A stretch of DNA of 64,000 nucleotides from the NCBI GenBank assembly GCA_048941285.1, contig JBHLNS010000004.1:2896-66895 (forward strand), read 5' to 3'. How positions within the stretch are numbered: the first letter of the stretch is position 1; each line of letters begins with the position of its first letter. The DNA comes from Promethearchaeota archaeon (GTDB lineage Archaea; Asgardarchaeota; Lokiarchaeia; Sigyniarchaeales; SOKP01). The notes beneath the pieces were generated by a model that saw only the letters and a list, made by a program, of their open reading frames with translations, was not told the DNA's origin and did no database searches. This document shows positions 63,669 through 64,000 of this stretch, one piece after another. Position numbers and translations under genes: made by a program.

Positions 63669-64000
63669 ATGATTCCTTCAATTGAATGGGTTGATAATAA
63701 AGTAAAGATGATTGATCAAACGCTCCTTCCCCATAAACTTGAATTTCTCGATTTTGAGGATTTTAGAGATGTTGCTAAATCTATAAAGGTTATGAACATC
63801 CGTGGGGCCCCAGCAATCGGTGTAGCTGCGGCAATGGGAATGGCCTTAGCTACGATTGAATTTAAAAATCTTCCAAAATCTGAGTTTCTTAATAAAATGG
63901 AAGAAGTTGCTAATATAATTAAGAGCACTCGACCAACGGCTTCAAATCTTTTTTGGGCAGTGAATAGAATGTGGAAAATTATCAGTTCATATCCCGATAA
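63669..64000 (+). CDS. eIF-2B alpha/beta/delta-like family isomerase (methylthioribose-1-phosphate or ribose-1,5-bisphosphate isomerase), 3'-truncated by window edge
   Basis: Hand translation from the ATG at 63669 gives MIPSIEWVDNKVKMIDQTLLPHKLEFLDFEDFRDVAKSIKVMNIRGAPAIGVAAAMGMALA...STRPTASNLFWAV. The ORF is absent from the track because it runs off the window. Confidence 0.85.
   Translation, partial: MIPSIEWVDNKVKMIDQTLLPHKLEFLDFEDFRDVAKSIKVMNIRGAPAIGVAAAMGMALATIEFKNLPKSEFLNKMEEVANIIKSTRPTASNLFWAVNRMWKIISSYPD

Noticed and set aside
63716-63928. 70-aa ORF on the - strand
   Set aside because: It is antisense to the clearly recognisable MtnA/eIF-2B-family gene that starts at 63669 on the + strand and runs off the window.
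1-64000. Searched by eye for CRISPR arrays, tRNA/rRNA genes, transposases/integrases and long tandem repeats
   Set aside because: I found no regularly spaced direct repeats, no cloverleaf-sized G+C islands other than the SRP RNA and the 52.3-kb element, and no recombinase-like ORFs. Homopolymer A/T runs (e.g. 10941-10950, 19869-19880) are compositional. A tRNAscan/Infernal run is still needed to exclude small RNAs.

Overview
Very AT-rich, gene-dense archaeal chromosomal segment with about 63 protein-coding genes on both strands and at least one RNA gene. The archaeal assignment rests on RadA, a TFB-type factor, FEN1, Hef- and Hel308-family helicases, an RPA-like OB-fold protein, an archaeal-size SRP RNA, and TATA-type promoters with many short or absent leaders. 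An MglA-like small GTPase with roadblock and longin-like proteins, plus the Lys/Asn/Ile-rich composition, make a Loki-type Asgard archaeon plausible, but that is inference only. I recognised no CRISPR array, tRNA, rRNA, transposase or integrase. Layout: 0-13.5 kb holds TPR/wHTH paralogs, an Mpg glycosylase, V4R-like paralogs, SRP RNA, an Ldh_2 dehydrogenase and a GNAT/PP-loop/GNAT block. 13.6-21.4 kb is a five-gene membrane operon with an HhH protein and a giant HerA/VirB4-like pseudo-ATPase. 21.7-45.9 kb is a loose DNA-metabolism neighbourhood: Hel308 with a SWIM insert, Hef with an eroded nuclease domain, a TFB paralog, a RadB-like ATPase, RadA with a second HhH domain, FEN1 and RPA-like. 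46-52.2 kb holds a membrane-anchored trypsin-like protease and an MglB/MglA/HEPN/longin-like cluster. 52.6-64 kb is metabolic: a second Ldh_2, a CDF transporter with three cytoplasmic domains, an orphan MvhG-like Fe-S protein, radical SAM/SPASM, a class-V aminotransferase, PhzF, DUF1848 and MtnA-like. The best candidates for an undescribed system are the 13.6-21.5 kb membrane operon and the 48.1-52.2 kb GTPase-HEPN cluster. All functional calls come from reading motifs by eye, since no database search could be run.
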